From the NCBI GenBank assembly GCA_016212085.1, contig JACRHL010000018.1, forward strand, positions 7,487 through 71,486: a DNA stretch of 64,000 bases. The letters are read 5' to 3'. Made by a program: the position numbers and the translations under genes. Below, in pieces: positions 47,985 to 57,870 of this stretch. The DNA comes from Nitrospirota bacterium. Lineage in GTDB: Bacteria; Nitrospirota; JACRHL01. Numbering within the stretch: the stretch's first letter is position 1; every line of letters starts with the position of its first letter. The notes beneath the pieces were generated by a model. The model did no database searches. It saw only the letters and a program-made list of their open reading frames with translations, and was not told the origin of the DNA.

Positions 47985-49151
47985 GTGTACGAGTTTCAAC
48001 GGGTAAAGCGGCTGCCACCCTATGTGTTCGCCGCGGTCAACGATCTGAAGATGGCCGCCCGCCGCCGCGGCGAGGACATCATCGACTTCGGCATGGGCAA
48101 CCCCGACCTGCCCACGCCCAAGCACATCGTCGACAAGCTCTGCGAGGCCGCCCAGGACGGGCGCAACCACCGCTACTCCCTGTCGCGCGGCATCCAGGGC
48201 CTGCGCAAGGCGTTGTGCGCCTTCTACAAGCGCAAGTTCGACGTGGACCTGGACCCGGACACGGAGGTGGTGGTCACCATCGGCTCCAAGGAGGGCCTGT
48301 CCAGCCTGGCGCTGGCCATCACCGCCCCCGGCGACGCGGTGCTGGTGCCCAACCCGGCCTATCCCATCCACCCCTACGGCTTCATCATCGCCGGCGCCGA
48401 CATCCGCCACGTGCCCTGCAACCCGGAGACGGACTACTTCGAGGAGCTGAACAAGGCGTTCCGCGACTGCTGGCCCAAGCCCAAGGCGCTGGTGGTGAAC
48501 TACCCGTCCAACCCCACCGCCCAGGTGGTGGACCTGCCGTTCTACGAGCGGGTGGTGGAGTTCGCCAAGGAGAACCAGATCCTGGTGGTGTCCGACCTGG
48601 CCTATGCCGAGATCACCTTCGACGGCTACGTGGCCCCCTCCATCCTCCAGGTGCCCGGCGCCAAGGACGTGGCCGTGGAGTTCTACTCCCTGTCCAAGAC
48701 CTACAACATGCCCGGCTGGCGGGTGGGCTTCATGGTGGGCAACCGCGAGGTGGTGGGCGCCCTCACCAAGATCAAGTCGTACCTGGACTACGGCATGTTC
48801 CAGCCCATCCAGATCGCCGCCACCGCCGCCCTGAACGGCCCGCAGGACTGCGTGCGCGAGGCCTGTGCGATCTACCAGGGGCGGCGCGACGTGCTGATTT
48901 CGGGCCTGGCGCGCGCCGGCTGGAAGGTGGACAGCCCAAAGGCCAGCATGTTCGTCTGGGCGCGCATTCCCGATAAGTACCGCGACATGGGCTCGCTGGA
49001 GTTTTCCAAGTTCCTGCTCAACACCGCCAAGGTGGCGGTGGCACCGGGCATCGGCTTTGGCGAGTATGGCGACCAGTACGTGCGCATCGCCCTGGTGGAG
49101 AACGAGCACCGCATCCGCCAGGCGGTGACGGGCATCCGCAAGGTTCTGTAG
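47985..49151 (+). CDS. alaC: PLP class I aminotransferase, AlaC-like
   Basis: [28 protein letters not shown] and KSYLDYG motifs; precedes hom. Confidence 0.82.
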   Translation: MYEFQRVKRLPPYVFAAVNDLKMAARRRGEDIIDFGMGNPDLPTPKHIVDKLCEAAQDGRNHRYSLSRGIQGLRKALCAFYKRKFDVDLDPDTEVVVTIGSKEGLSSLALAITAPGDAVLVPNPAYPIHPYGFIIAGADIRHVPCNPETDYFEELNKAFRDCWPKPKALVVNYPSNPTAQVVDLPFYERVVEFAKENQILVVSDLAYAEITFDGYVAPSILQVPGAKDVAVEFYSLSKTYNMPGWRVGFMVGNREVVGALTKIKSYLDYGMFQPIQIAATAALNGPQDCVREACAIYQGRRDVLISGLARAGWKVDSPKASMFVWARIPDKYRDMGSLEFSKFLLNTAKVAVAPGIGFGEYGDQYVRIALVENEHRIRQAVTGIRKVL

Positions 49152-49183
49152 GGGCGCATTCGATCTCTTGTGAACGGGGAGTC

Positions 49184-50497
49184 ATGGCGAACGCAATCAA
49201 TGTAGGGCTCATCGGCGCCGGCACCGTGGGCGGCGGGGTGGTGGACATTCTCACGACCAATGCCGACGTGATCGCGCGCCGCCTGGGCTGTCCGCTGCGC
49301 CTGGCCCGGGTGGCGGACCGCAACGCCGCGCGCCTGAAGGAGCTGGACCTGCCGGACGGCGTCGCGGTGACGGACGCCCTTGCGGTGGTGAACGACCCCG
49401 ATGTGCAGATCGTCGTGGAGCTGATCGGCGGCAGCACCGTGGCCAGGGAGGTCACCCTGGCGGCGTTCAAGGCCGGCAAGCACGTGGTGACCGCCAACAA
49501 GGCCCTGGTGGCCGCCCACGGCGAGGAGCTGTTCGCCGCCGCCAAGGCCGCCGGCGTGGGCTATGCCTTCGAGGCGGCGGTGGGGGGCGGCATCCCCATC
49601 CTGCGCTCCGTGCGCGAGGGGTTCACCGGCGACCGCATCAAGGAGGTGCTGGGCATCATCAACGGCACCGCCAACTACATCCTCACGGAGATGACGGAGT
49701 ACGGCTCCGACTTTGCCGACGTGCTGGCGGAGGCCCAGAAGCTGGGCTACGCCGAGGCGGACCCCCGCTTCGACGTGGAGGGCATCGACACCGCCCACAA
49801 GCTGGCCATCCTGGTGGCCATGGCCTTTGGCGGTCAGGTGAACGTGGACGACCTGTATGTGGAGGGCATCACCCACATCACCCCCACCGACCTGGAATAT
49901 GCCGAGGTGTTCGGCTGCAAGGTCAAGCTGCTGGCCATCGCCAAGGAGCAGGACGGCCGCATCGAGGCCAGGGTGCACCCCACCATGGTGCCCGAGTCGC
50001 GCCTCATCGCCCAGGTGGACGGGGTGTTCAACGCCATCGCCGTCACCGGCGACAAGGTGGGCCCCACCCTGTTCTACGGGCGCGGGGCGGGCGCCCTGGC
50101 CACCGGCAGCGCGGTGGTGGGCGACCTGGTCGCCACCGCCCGCGCCATCCGGAGCGGCGGCGCCGGGGCCATGCCGCCCATGGCGTTCCAGCAGGAAGGC
50201 CGGCGGCCGCTGGTCATCATGCCCATGGACGAGGTGGTGTCGCTCTACTACCTGCACTTCACGGTGGTGGACCGCCCCGGCGTGCTGTCGGACCTGGCCG
50301 GGGTGTTCGGCCGCCACGGCATCAGCATCGCCAAGGTGATCCAGGACGGCCAGGCCCACGGCCAGAGCGTGTCGCTGGTCATCATGACCCATCGCGCCCG
50401 GGAGGCGTCGGTGCAGGCGGCCGTGCGCGAGATCGAGGCCCTGGCGGCGGTGACCGCCCCCACCACGCTGATCCGGGTGGAAGCCGATGACGAGTAG
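49184..50497 (+). CDS. hom: Homoserine dehydrogenase with C-terminal ACT domain
   Basis: GAGTVGGG, VTANKA, EAAVGGGIP, GYAEADP and DRPGVL motifs. Confidence 0.96.
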   Translation: MANAINVGLIGAGTVGGGVVDILTTNADVIARRLGCPLRLARVADRNAARLKELDLPDGVAVTDALAVVNDPDVQIVVELIGGSTVAREVTLAAFKAGKHVVTANKALVAAHGEELFAAAKAAGVGYAFEAAVGGGIPILRSVREGFTGDRIKEVLGIINGTANYILTEMTEYGSDFADVLAEAQKLGYAEADPRFDVEGIDTAHKLAILVAMAFGGQVNVDDLYVEGITHITPTDLEYAEVFGCKVKLLAIAKEQDGRIEARVHPTMVPESRLIAQVDGVFNAIAVTGDKVGPTLFYGRGAGALATGSAVVGDLVATARAIRSGGAGAMPPMAFQQEGRRPLVIMPMDEVVSLYYLHFTVVDRPGVLSDLAGVFGRHGISIAKVIQDGQAHGQSVSLVIMTHRAREASVQAAVREIEALAAVTAPTTLIRVEADDE

Positions 50498-50528
50498 TGT
50501 TCTTTCCGCCCGCGAGGAGGAGTAGCCC

Positions 50529-51596
50529 ATGGGCAGCAAGGTTTGGCGCGGCCTGATCGAGGAATACCGCCAGTATCTGCCGGTCACCGACAAGACGCCG
50601 GTGGTGACGTTACAGGAGGGCAACACCCCCCTGTATCCCACCCGGCGCCTGAACATGGCCATCAACCCCGACATCGAGATCTATCTCAAGTACGACGGGG
50701 CCAACCCCACCGGCTCCTTCAAGGACCGGGGCATGACCATGGCGGTCACCAAGGCCAAGGAGAAGGGGGCCGAATCGGTGATCTGCGCCTCCACCGGCAA
50801 CACCTCGGCGGCGGCGGCCGCCTATGGCGCGTCGGCGGGCTTGAAGGTGTTCGTGCTCATCCCGGACGGCAAGATCGCCCTGGGCAAGCTGGCGCAGGCC
50901 ATGGCCTATGGGGCCCAGGTGCTGCAAGTGCGCGGCAACTTCGACCAGGCGCTGAAGATCGTCACCGAGATCTCCGCCGGCTTCCCCATCACCCTGGTGA
51001 ACTCCATCAACCCGTTCCGCATCGAGGGGCAGAAGACCGCCTCGTTCGAGGTGGTGGAGCAACTGGGCGGCAAGGCGCCGGACTATCAATTCCTGCCAGT
51101 GGGCAACGCGGGCAACATCACCGCCTACTGGAAGGGTTACAAGGAATACCAGGCCGCGGGCAAGATCAAGAACCTGCCCAAGATGATGGGCTGGCAGGCG
51201 GAGGGCGCGGCCCCCATCGTGCGCGGCCACGTGGTGGAGAAGCCCTCCACCATCGCCACCGCCATCCGCATCGGCAACCCGGCCAGCTGGAAGGGGGCCG
51301 AGGCCGCCGCCCGCGAGTCCGGCGGCCGCATCGACATGGTGTCCGACGCGGAGATCCTGGAGGCCTACAAGATGATCGCCTCCCTCGAGGGGGTGTTCTG
51401 CGAGCCGGCCTCGGCGGCGTCGGTGGCGGGGGTCATCAAGGCCAACAAGGCGGGCCTGTTCCATCCGGGCGACAAGATCGTGTGCACCCTCACCGGCCAC
51501 GGCCTGAAGGACCCGGACGTGGCCATGAACGTGATCTCCAGACCCGACACCGTGGACGCCAACCTGCCCGCGGTGCTGAAAAGCCTGGGTTTTTAG
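50529..51596 (+). CDS. thrC: Threonine synthase
   Basis: NPTGSFKDRG, CASTGNTS, PVGNAGN and TGHGLKDP motifs. Confidence 0.96.
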   Translation: MGSKVWRGLIEEYRQYLPVTDKTPVVTLQEGNTPLYPTRRLNMAINPDIEIYLKYDGANPTGSFKDRGMTMAVTKAKEKGAESVICASTGNTSAAAAAYGASAGLKVFVLIPDGKIALGKLAQAMAYGAQVLQVRGNFDQALKIVTEISAGFPITLVNSINPFRIEGQKTASFEVVEQLGGKAPDYQFLPVGNAGNITAYWKGYKEYQAAGKIKNLPKMMGWQAEGAAPIVRGHVVEKPSTIATAIRIGNPASWKGAEAAARESGGRIDMVSDAEILEAYKMIASLEGVFCEPASAASVAGVIKANKAGLFHPGDKIVCTLTGHGLKDPDVAMNVISRPDTVDANLPAVLKSLGF

Positions 51597-51612
51597 GAAG
51601 GGGTCCGGTGGC

Positions 51613-52695
51613 ATGCCCACCGCGCTGCTGATCCTCGACGGGCTGGCCGACCGGCCGCTTGCCGCCCTGGGGGGGCGCACGCCGCTCATGGCGGCGGCCA
51701 CCCCGGCGCTGGACCGGCTGGCGGCCGGTGGCGCCGTGGGGCGCTGGCAGCCGACCCCGCCGGGCCGCGCGCCGGGCAGCGAGGTGGGGGTGTTCGCCTG
51801 CCTGGGCGAGCCCATTCCCGCCGCCGGGCGGGCGGCCTTCGAGGCCCTGGGGCGCGGCATCGCCCTGGCACCGGGCGAAACCGCCTTCCGCGTTACGCCG
51901 GTGCGGGTGAACGGGCCGGTGGACGACCCGGAAACGGTGCTCGCCGGCGGCGCCGAATGCCCGTTCGTGGAGCTGGTCGCGCTGGCCGCGTGGCTGGCAT
52001 CCTTGGGCATCGCCCTCTACCCCTGCCGGTCGGGGCGGCATATCATGGTGGTTCCCGGCGCGCATGAGGCCGGGCCCGCCGGGCCGCATCAGCTTGCCGG
52101 CATGCCGCTGGGCTCCCCCCTTCCCGCCGGGGTGCCGTGGCGCGCCGTGCAGCGTCGCCTGGGCGGCGTCGCCCTGTGGCCCTGGGGCGCCGGCGGCGGG
52201 TGGCGTGGGCCGCTGATTGCCGACGGCCGCGTCCTGGTATGCGGCGTGCCGCTGGTGCGGGGCATCGGCCTGAGCCTGGGGATGACCGTGGCCAAGGTGC
52301 CCGGCGCCACCGGCGATGCCGACACGGACCTGGGCGCCAAGGGCGGCGCGGCCCTGGCCGCGCTGGCCGAGGGAAACGACGTGGTGGTGCACGTGGAGGG
52401 GACCGACATGGCCGCCCACCGGCTGGACCCGCTGGCCAAGCGCGACCTGATCGCGCGCGTGGACCGCGAGCTGGTGGCGCCCCTGGCGGCCGGCGGTGCG
52501 CGCATACTGGTCACCTGCGACCACGGCACGTCCAGCGCCGACGGCCGGCACCTGGATGATCCGGTGCCGTTCCTGCTGTGGGACCCAGCCGTGCCGGGGC
52601 CGGGCGGAACGGGATTTGACGAGGGCGCGGCGGGCCCGGTGTGGAGCGCCGCCGCCTGGAAACAGCTTTTGGAGGAGGCGCCGGTCCGGTGCTGA
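51613..52695 (+). CDS. ApgM-like (cofactor-independent phosphoglycerate mutase family) protein; candidate homoserine kinase
   Basis: LDGLADRP...[28 protein letters not shown] and HLDDPVPF motifs. Confidence 0.78.
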   Translation: MPTALLILDGLADRPLAALGGRTPLMAAATPALDRLAAGGAVGRWQPTPPGRAPGSEVGVFACLGEPIPAAGRAAFEALGRGIALAPGETAFRVTPVRVNGPVDDPETVLAGGAECPFVELVALAAWLASLGIALYPCRSGRHIMVVPGAHEAGPAGPHQLAGMPLGSPLPAGVPWRAVQRRLGGVALWPWGAGGGWRGPLIADGRVLVCGVPLVRGIGLSLGMTVAKVPGATGDADTDLGAKGGAALAALAEGNDVVVHVEGTDMAAHRLDPLAKRDLIARVDRELVAPLAAGGARILVTCDHGTSSADGRHLDDPVPFLLWDPAVPGPGGTGFDEGAAGPVWSAAAWKQLLEEAPVRC

Positions 52696-53918
52696 TCGTA
52701 CAGAAATACGGGGGAACCTCGGTCGGGGACCTGGAGCGCATCCAGAACGTGGCGCGCCGGGTGCGCCGGGTGCGCGACGCGGGCCACCAGGTGGTGGTGG
52801 TGGTGTCGGCCATGAGCGGCGAGACCGACAGCCTGGTCGCCATGGCCAACGCCTTGAGCCCGCTGCCGCCGGAGCGCGAGATGGACATGCTGCTGTCCAC
52901 CGGCGAGCGCAAGACCATCGCCCTCCTGGCCATCGCCCTGACCGCCATGGGCACGCCGTCCCAGGCGTTCACCGGCCGCCAGGTCGGCATCGAGACCGAC
53001 AGCGCCCACACCCGCGCCCGCATCGAACGCATCTCCGGCGAGCGGCTGCGCAAGTCCCTGGCCGAGGGCTACGTGCCGGTGGTGGCCGGGTTCCAGGGCA
53101 TCAACGCCCAGTCCGACGTGACCACCCTGGGGCGCGGCGGTTCCGACCTGACCGCCGTGGCCGTCGCCGCCGCCATCCAGGCCGACCGCTGCGACATCTA
53201 CACCGATGTGGACGGGGTCTACACCGCCGATCCGCGCATCGTCTCGAACGCCCGCAAGCTCGACAGGATCGCCTTCGAGGAGATGCTGGAGCTGGCCTCC
53301 CTGGGGGCCAAGGTGTTGCAGACGCGCTCGGTGCTGTTTGCCATGCGCCACGGCGTGCCGGTTCAGGTGTTGAGCAGTTTTACCGACCAGCCGGGAACGC
53401 TGGTGACCAAGGAGGATGCGGAAATGGAGCAGCTGTCGGTGTCCGGCGTGACCTACGATCGGAACCAGGCGAAGGTGACCATCACCGACGTGCCGGACCA
53501 GCCGGGCGTGGCGTCCAGGCTGTTCAAGGCCATCTCCGACGCCAACATCATGATCGACATGATCATCCAGAACGTCGGCCACGACGGCTGCACCGACATC
53601 TCGTTCACCATTCCGCGCACCGACGTGGCCAAGCTGCGCTCCCACATGGGCACCATCCGGCTGGACGGCAGCCCCCTCACCATCGACGTGGACGACCGCA
53701 TCGCCAAGGTGAGCGCGGTGGGCGTGGGCATGCGCTCCCACTCGGGCGTGGCCACCCGGATGTTCGACACCCTGGCCCAGAACGGGGTGAACATCAAGAT
53801 GATCAGCACCTCGGAGATCAAGATCTCCTGCGTCATCGACGAGCGCTACACCGAGCTGGCGGTGCGCGCCCTGCACGACGCGTTCGAGCTGGGCGTCGTC
53901 CCCGGAGGCACCTCGTGA
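52689..53918 (+). CDS. lysC: Aspartate kinase
   Basis: [30 protein letters not shown] and ACT domains ending ISTSEIKIS. Confidence 0.96.
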   Translation: MLIVQKYGGTSVGDLERIQNVARRVRRVRDAGHQVVVVVSAMSGETDSLVAMANALSPLPPEREMDMLLSTGERKTIALLAIALTAMGTPSQAFTGRQVGIETDSAHTRARIERISGERLRKSLAEGYVPVVAGFQGINAQSDVTTLGRGGSDLTAVAVAAAIQADRCDIYTDVDGVYTADPRIVSNARKLDRIAFEEMLELASLGAKVLQTRSVLFAMRHGVPVQVLSSFTDQPGTLVTKEDAEMEQLSVSGVTYDRNQAKVTITDVPDQPGVASRLFKAISDANIMIDMIIQNVGHDGCTDISFTIPRTDVAKLRSHMGTIRLDGSPLTIDVDDRIAKVSAVGVGMRSHSGVATRMFDTLAQNGVNIKMISTSEIKISCVIDERYTELAVRALHDAFELGVVPGGTS

Positions 53919-55525
53919 ACCCATCCGCGACCACCCCCGCCCGCGTCGACATCTACGACACCACCCTGCGCGACGGCGCGCAGTCGGAGGACATCTCCTT
54001 TTCCGTCCAGGACAAGCTGCGCGTGGTGCGCCTGCTCGACGAGCTGGGCGTGCCCTACATCGAGGGCGGTTGGCCCAGCTCCAACCCCAAGGAGATGTCG
54101 TTCTTCGAGCAGGTCCTGGGCATGGACCTCAAGCACGCCCGGGTGACCGCCTTCGGCAGCACCCACAAGGCCTCCGTGGCCGTGGAGGACGACCGCAACG
54201 TGGCGGGCCTGCTCGCCTGCGGCGCCGACGTGCTGACCATCTTCGGCAAGAGCTGGAATTTTCACGTCACCGAGGCGCTGGGCATCCCCCTGGAGCGCAA
54301 CCTGGAACTGATCCGGGACACGGTGGCCTACCTGAACGCCCACCGCTCCCAGGTATTCTTCGACGCGGAGCATTTCTTCGACGGCTACAAGGCCGACCCG
54401 GAGTATGCCCTGGCCACCCTGGCCGCCGCCCAGGAGGGCGGGGCCCAGGCGCTGGTGCTGTGCGACACCAACGGCGGCGCCATGCCGTGGGAGGTGGCGC
54501 GCATCGTCCAGGTGGTGCGCGCGCGGATGGCCACCCCCATCGGCATCCACACCCACAACGATGGCGACATGGCCGTGGCCAACGCCCTCGAGGCCGTGCG
54601 CGCGGGCGCCACGCACGTGCAGGGCACCGTGAACGGCTATGGCGAGCGCTGCGGCAACGCCAACCTGCTGAGCGTGATCGCCAACCTCGAGCTGAAGCTG
54701 GGGGTGAAGGCCCTGCCGGAGGGGCGCATCAAGCGCCTCAAGGAGACCTCGGCGCGCCTCTCCGAGCTGGCCAACCTGCCGCACAACAAGCACCTGCCCT
54801 ACGTGGGCGACGCGGCCTTCGCCCACAAGGGCGGCATCCACGTGAGCGCCGTGGAAAAGAACGCCGCCACCTACGAGCACGTGGCCCCGGAAACCGTGGG
54901 CAACCGCCGGCGGGTGCTGATCTCCGATTACTCCGGGCGCAGCAACGTGCTGTACAAGGCCAAGGAGTTCGGCATCGACCTCACCGACCAGTCGCAGCTG
55001 TCCGCCGACCTGGTGAACCAGATCAAGGAGCTGGAGGCGTCCGGCTTCCAGTTCGAGGGGGCCGAGGCCTCCTTCGAGCTGCTCATCCACAAGGCCCGGG
55101 GCAGCTACCGGCGCTTTTTCGACCTGCTCAGCTACCGGGTCATCGTCGACAAGCGCAGCGCCAACGGCCGCTCGGTCACCGAGGCCACGGTCAAGGTGCG
55201 GGTGGGGGAGACGGAGCACCTCACCGCCGCCGAGGGCGATGGCCCGGTGAACGCCCTCGACCTGGCCCTGCGCGGCGCCCTGGCGCGCTTCTACCCGGTC
55301 ATCAACGATTTCAAGCTGGTGGACTACAAGGTGCGCGTGCTCACCGGCACCCACGGCACCGCGTCCAGGGTGCGGGTGGTCATCGAGAGCGCCGACGCGG
55401 GCGACAGCTGGGGCACGGTGGGGGTGTCCACCAACATCATCCAGGCCAGCTACCAGGCCCTGGTGGATGCCATCGAGTACCGCCTGATGACCACGGGCGC
55501 CGTCGCCGGCGCCGCGGAGGCTTGA
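53915..55525 (+). CDS. cimA: Citramalate synthase
   Basis: [35 protein letters not shown] and AHKGGIH motifs. Confidence 0.92.
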   Translation: MNPSATTPARVDIYDTTLRDGAQSEDISFSVQDKLRVVRLLDELGVPYIEGGWPSSNPKEMSFFEQVLGMDLKHARVTAFGSTHKASVAVEDDRNVAGLLACGADVLTIFGKSWNFHVTEALGIPLERNLELIRDTVAYLNAHRSQVFFDAEHFFDGYKADPEYALATLAAAQEGGAQALVLCDTNGGAMPWEVARIVQVVRARMATPIGIHTHNDGDMAVANALEAVRAGATHVQGTVNGYGERCGNANLLSVIANLELKLGVKALPEGRIKRLKETSARLSELANLPHNKHLPYVGDAAFAHKGGIHVSAVEKNAATYEHVAPETVGNRRRVLISDYSGRSNVLYKAKEFGIDLTDQSQLSADLVNQIKELEASGFQFEGAEASFELLIHKARGSYRRFFDLLSYRVIVDKRSANGRSVTEATVKVRVGETEHLTAAEGDGPVNALDLALRGALARFYPVINDFKLVDYKVRVLTGTHGTASRVRVVIESADAGDSWGTVGVSTNIIQASYQALVDAIEYRLMTTGAVAGAAEA

Positions 55526-55541
55526 GGGCGGGCGCCTGGCC

Positions 55542-55961
55542 ATGGAGGAGCAAGGGACGGTGATCCGCGCGGGCGATGGCGAGGCCCTGGTGCGGGTGAC
55601 CCCCTCCGCCGCCTGTGGCGGCTGTGGCCAGCAGTCCGCCTGCCACCCGGCGAACGGCGAGCGCACCGTGACGGTGACCGATCCCATCGGCGTGCGGCCC
55701 GGCCAGATCGTCACCATCGGGCTTCCCGGCGGCGGCATCCGGGCGGCCCTGGGGCTGGCCTATGGCGTGCCGCTGGCGGCCTTGCTGGGGGGCGCCGTGC
55801 TGGGTTACCGGCTCGCCCCGGCGGGCGCCGACCTGGAACTGGTGGCGGCGCTGGCGGCGCTGGCGGGCCTGGGCGCGGCCTTCCTGCTGCTCAAGATGCT
55901 GCGCGGCCGCTACGAGGGGCTCCGCTCCCTGAAGCCGGTGGTGCTGCGCATCGGCGGATAG
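55542..55961 (+). CDS. RseC/MucC-family membrane protein
   Basis: MEEQGTV...SAACGGC.....C, followed by AYGVPL and two TM helices. Confidence 0.8.
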   Translation: MEEQGTVIRAGDGEALVRVTPSAACGGCGQQSACHPANGERTVTVTDPIGVRPGQIVTIGLPGGGIRAALGLAYGVPLAALLGGAVLGYRLAPAGADLELVAALAALAGLGAAFLLLKMLRGRYEGLRSLKPVVLRIGG

Positions 55962-55990
55962 GCGCCGGCCGCGCAGGGCCGCTCCAGGCC

Positions 55991-56053
55991 CCTGAAAAAA
56001 TGCCTGAAAATTAAGGGGAACTGTTTGACTTTTCTCGGTATTGGCCGTATTCT
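55991..56053 (+). promoter_or_regulatory. Promoter of ihfA-merR with an A-tract upstream element
   Basis: TTGACT (56025-56030), 17-nt spacer, TATTCT (56048-56053); upstream cctgaaaa occurs twice. Confidence 0.65.
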
Positions 56054-56135
56054 TCCCCGAAATTTCGGGTCCAGGTCGGGGGGCCGTCGGACCGCAGTTC
56101 CCCATGTAAAAAGATACGGGTCTGGTTTGTAGAAC

Positions 56136-56420
56136 ATGAGAAAAGCGGACATTGCCAATCTCCTGTACGAACGCCACGGCATCCCCAAGCGGGAGGCCAC
56201 CGCGATCGTCGAGCTGATTCTCGACGAGATCAAGGACTCCCTCGCCGCCGGCGAGGAGGTCAAGATCGCGGGCTTCGGCAACTTCACCGTGCGCGACAAG
56301 ACCGAGCGCAAGGGGCGCAACCCCAAGACCGGTGAGGAGATCGGCATCACGCCGCGCAAGGTGGTCACGTTCCGCGCCAGCCCGGTGTTCAAGCAAAGTG
56401 TCCTGGCCAGCCGCGGATAG
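56136..56420 (+). CDS. ihfA: Integration host factor alpha (HU/IHF family)
   Basis: VKIAGFGNF.VRDK..RKGRNPKTGEEI.I.PRKVVTF; followed by a MerR gene. Confidence 0.88.
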   Translation: MRKADIANLLYERHGIPKREATAIVELILDEIKDSLAAGEEVKIAGFGNFTVRDKTERKGRNPKTGEEIGITPRKVVTFRASPVFKQSVLASRG

Positions 56421-56907
56421 GACAGCGGGCGACGGGCAGCCGCCCACCGGCCGGGGTGACATCCCCGACAAGATGTTCTACAAGATCGGCGAGGTGTCGC
56501 GCATCACCGGGCTGGAGCCCTACGTGCTGCGCTACTGGGAGACCGAGTTCCCGCAGATCAACCCGCGCAAGGGGCGCGGCGGCCAGCGCGAGTACCGGCG
56601 CGAGGACCTGGACACCATCCTCGCCATCCAGGCCATGCTGCGCCAGGAGGGATACACCATATCCGGCGCCAGGCGCAGGCTGCGCCAGGAGGGCATGCGG
56701 GCCGTGCCGCCCGAGGGGGCCGAAACCGCCGCCGATGCCCCGCCCGCCCCGGCGGGCGAGGTTGTTCCCGGCGCGGTGATGGCAGGGGTGGAGCCGGCGC
56801 CGGTGGATGAATTGGTGCAAAAAACCCGAAAGGGCTTGCAGGAATTGCTGCAACTGATGGAAAATACCGATTCCCTTCGGGCGAATCGGTTCCGAATCGG
56901 GGCGTAG
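56398..56907 (+). CDS. MerR-family HTH regulator (ihfA-linked type)
   Basis: IPDKMFYKIGEVSRITGLEPYVLRYWETEFPQ...GYTISGAR; start uncertain (GTG 56398 or ATG 56473). Confidence 0.85.
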   Translation: MSWPAADRTAGDGQPPTGRGDIPDKMFYKIGEVSRITGLEPYVLRYWETEFPQINPRKGRGGQREYRREDLDTILAIQAMLRQEGYTISGARRRLRQEGMRAVPPEGAETAADAPPAPAGEVVPGAVMAGVEPAPVDELVQKTRKGLQELLQLMENTDSLRANRFRIGA

Positions 56908-56974
56908 CGCAGCCCGGTAGCGTACACCCTTGGGGTGGGTGTGGTCGCTGGTTCAAATCCAGTCGCCCCGACCA
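56898..56974 (+). tRNA. tRNA-Pro(GGG)
   Basis: Acceptor stem CGGGGCG/CGCCCCG, anticodon arm CACCC-TTGGGGT-GGGTG, GGTTCAAATCC and encoded CCA. Confidence 0.96.
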
Positions 56975-57011
56975 TATTTACAGTATGGGGCCTTACAAGG
57001 GCTTCCTTACC

Positions 57012-57056
57012 TTGCCGGCGGCACCGTATACCCTACGGGCCGCCGGCAATTTTTTT
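57012..57056 (+). terminator. Rho-independent terminator after tRNA-Pro
   Basis: ttgccggcggc-a-ccgta...tacgg-gccgccggcaa hairpin followed by a T7 run. Confidence 0.8.
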
Positions 57057-57093
57057 ATCCGCCGGGCGTCCCGCTCATTTAATATCGAGTGCC

Positions 57094-57870
57094 ATGAAGC
57101 GCATCCTTGTTTCCAACGACGACGGCATCGACGCCGAGGGCATCCGCGCCCTCGCCGCCGCCCTCGATCCGCTGGGTGAGGTGACGGTGGTGGCCCCGGA
57201 GCGCGAGCAGAGCGCCGCCAGCCACTCGCTCACCCTGCACAAGCCGCTCAGGATCTACGAGCGCGGCCCGCGCCGCTTCGCCGTGAGCGGCACGCCCACC
57301 GACTGCGTGGCCATGGCCGTGCACCACCTGATGGCCGAGCCCCCCGACGTGATCGTGTCGGGCATCAACCGCGGCGCCAACCTGGGCGACGACGTGACCT
57401 ACTCGGGCACCGTGTCGGCGGCCATGGAGGGCACCCTGCTGGGCATTCCGTCCATCGCCGTCTCCCAGTTGTGCTGGGAGGACACCCGCTTCGACGCCGC
57501 CGCCGCCTTCGCGGCGCGCCTGGTGCGCACCCTGTTCGCGCAGATGGCGCGGGGCGCCGGGCTGCCGCCGGACACCCTGCTCAACGTCAACGTGCCCGAC
57601 CGGGCGCCGGACGCCATCCGGGGCATGCGCTGGACCGTGCAGGGCAAGCGCCGCTTCACCAAGGATCAGGTGGTCGAGAAGACCGACCCGCGCGGCAGAA
57701 AATACTACTGGGTGGGCGGCAGCGACCTGGAGTGGGAGGGCAACCCCGCCTCGGACCACACGGCGGTGTGCGACGGCTACATCTCGGTGACGCCGGTGCA
57801 CCTGGACCTCACCAACCACGCGGCCCTGGAGCGCCTGTCCGCCTGGCCCCTGGACGGGGATGACCGCTGA
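57094..57870 (+). CDS. surE: 5'/3'-nucleotidase SurE
   Basis: ILVSNDDG, GTPTDC, SGINRGANLG and YSGTV motifs. Confidence 0.96.
   Translation: MKRILVSNDDGIDAEGIRALAAALDPLGEVTVVAPEREQSAASHSLTLHKPLRIYERGPRRFAVSGTPTDCVAMAVHHLMAEPPDVIVSGINRGANLGDDVTYSGTVSAAMEGTLLGIPSIAVSQLCWEDTRFDAAAAFAARLVRTLFAQMARGAGLPPDTLLNVNVPDRAPDAIRGMRWTVQGKRRFTKDQVVEKTDPRGRKYYWVGGSDLEWEGNPASDHTAVCDGYISVTPVHLDLTNHAALERLSAWPLDGDDR

Noticed and set aside
56975..57093. tRNA-Pro as an integration site
   Set aside because: Only a short AT-rich spacer and a terminator precede surE. No att duplication or mobile genes were seen.
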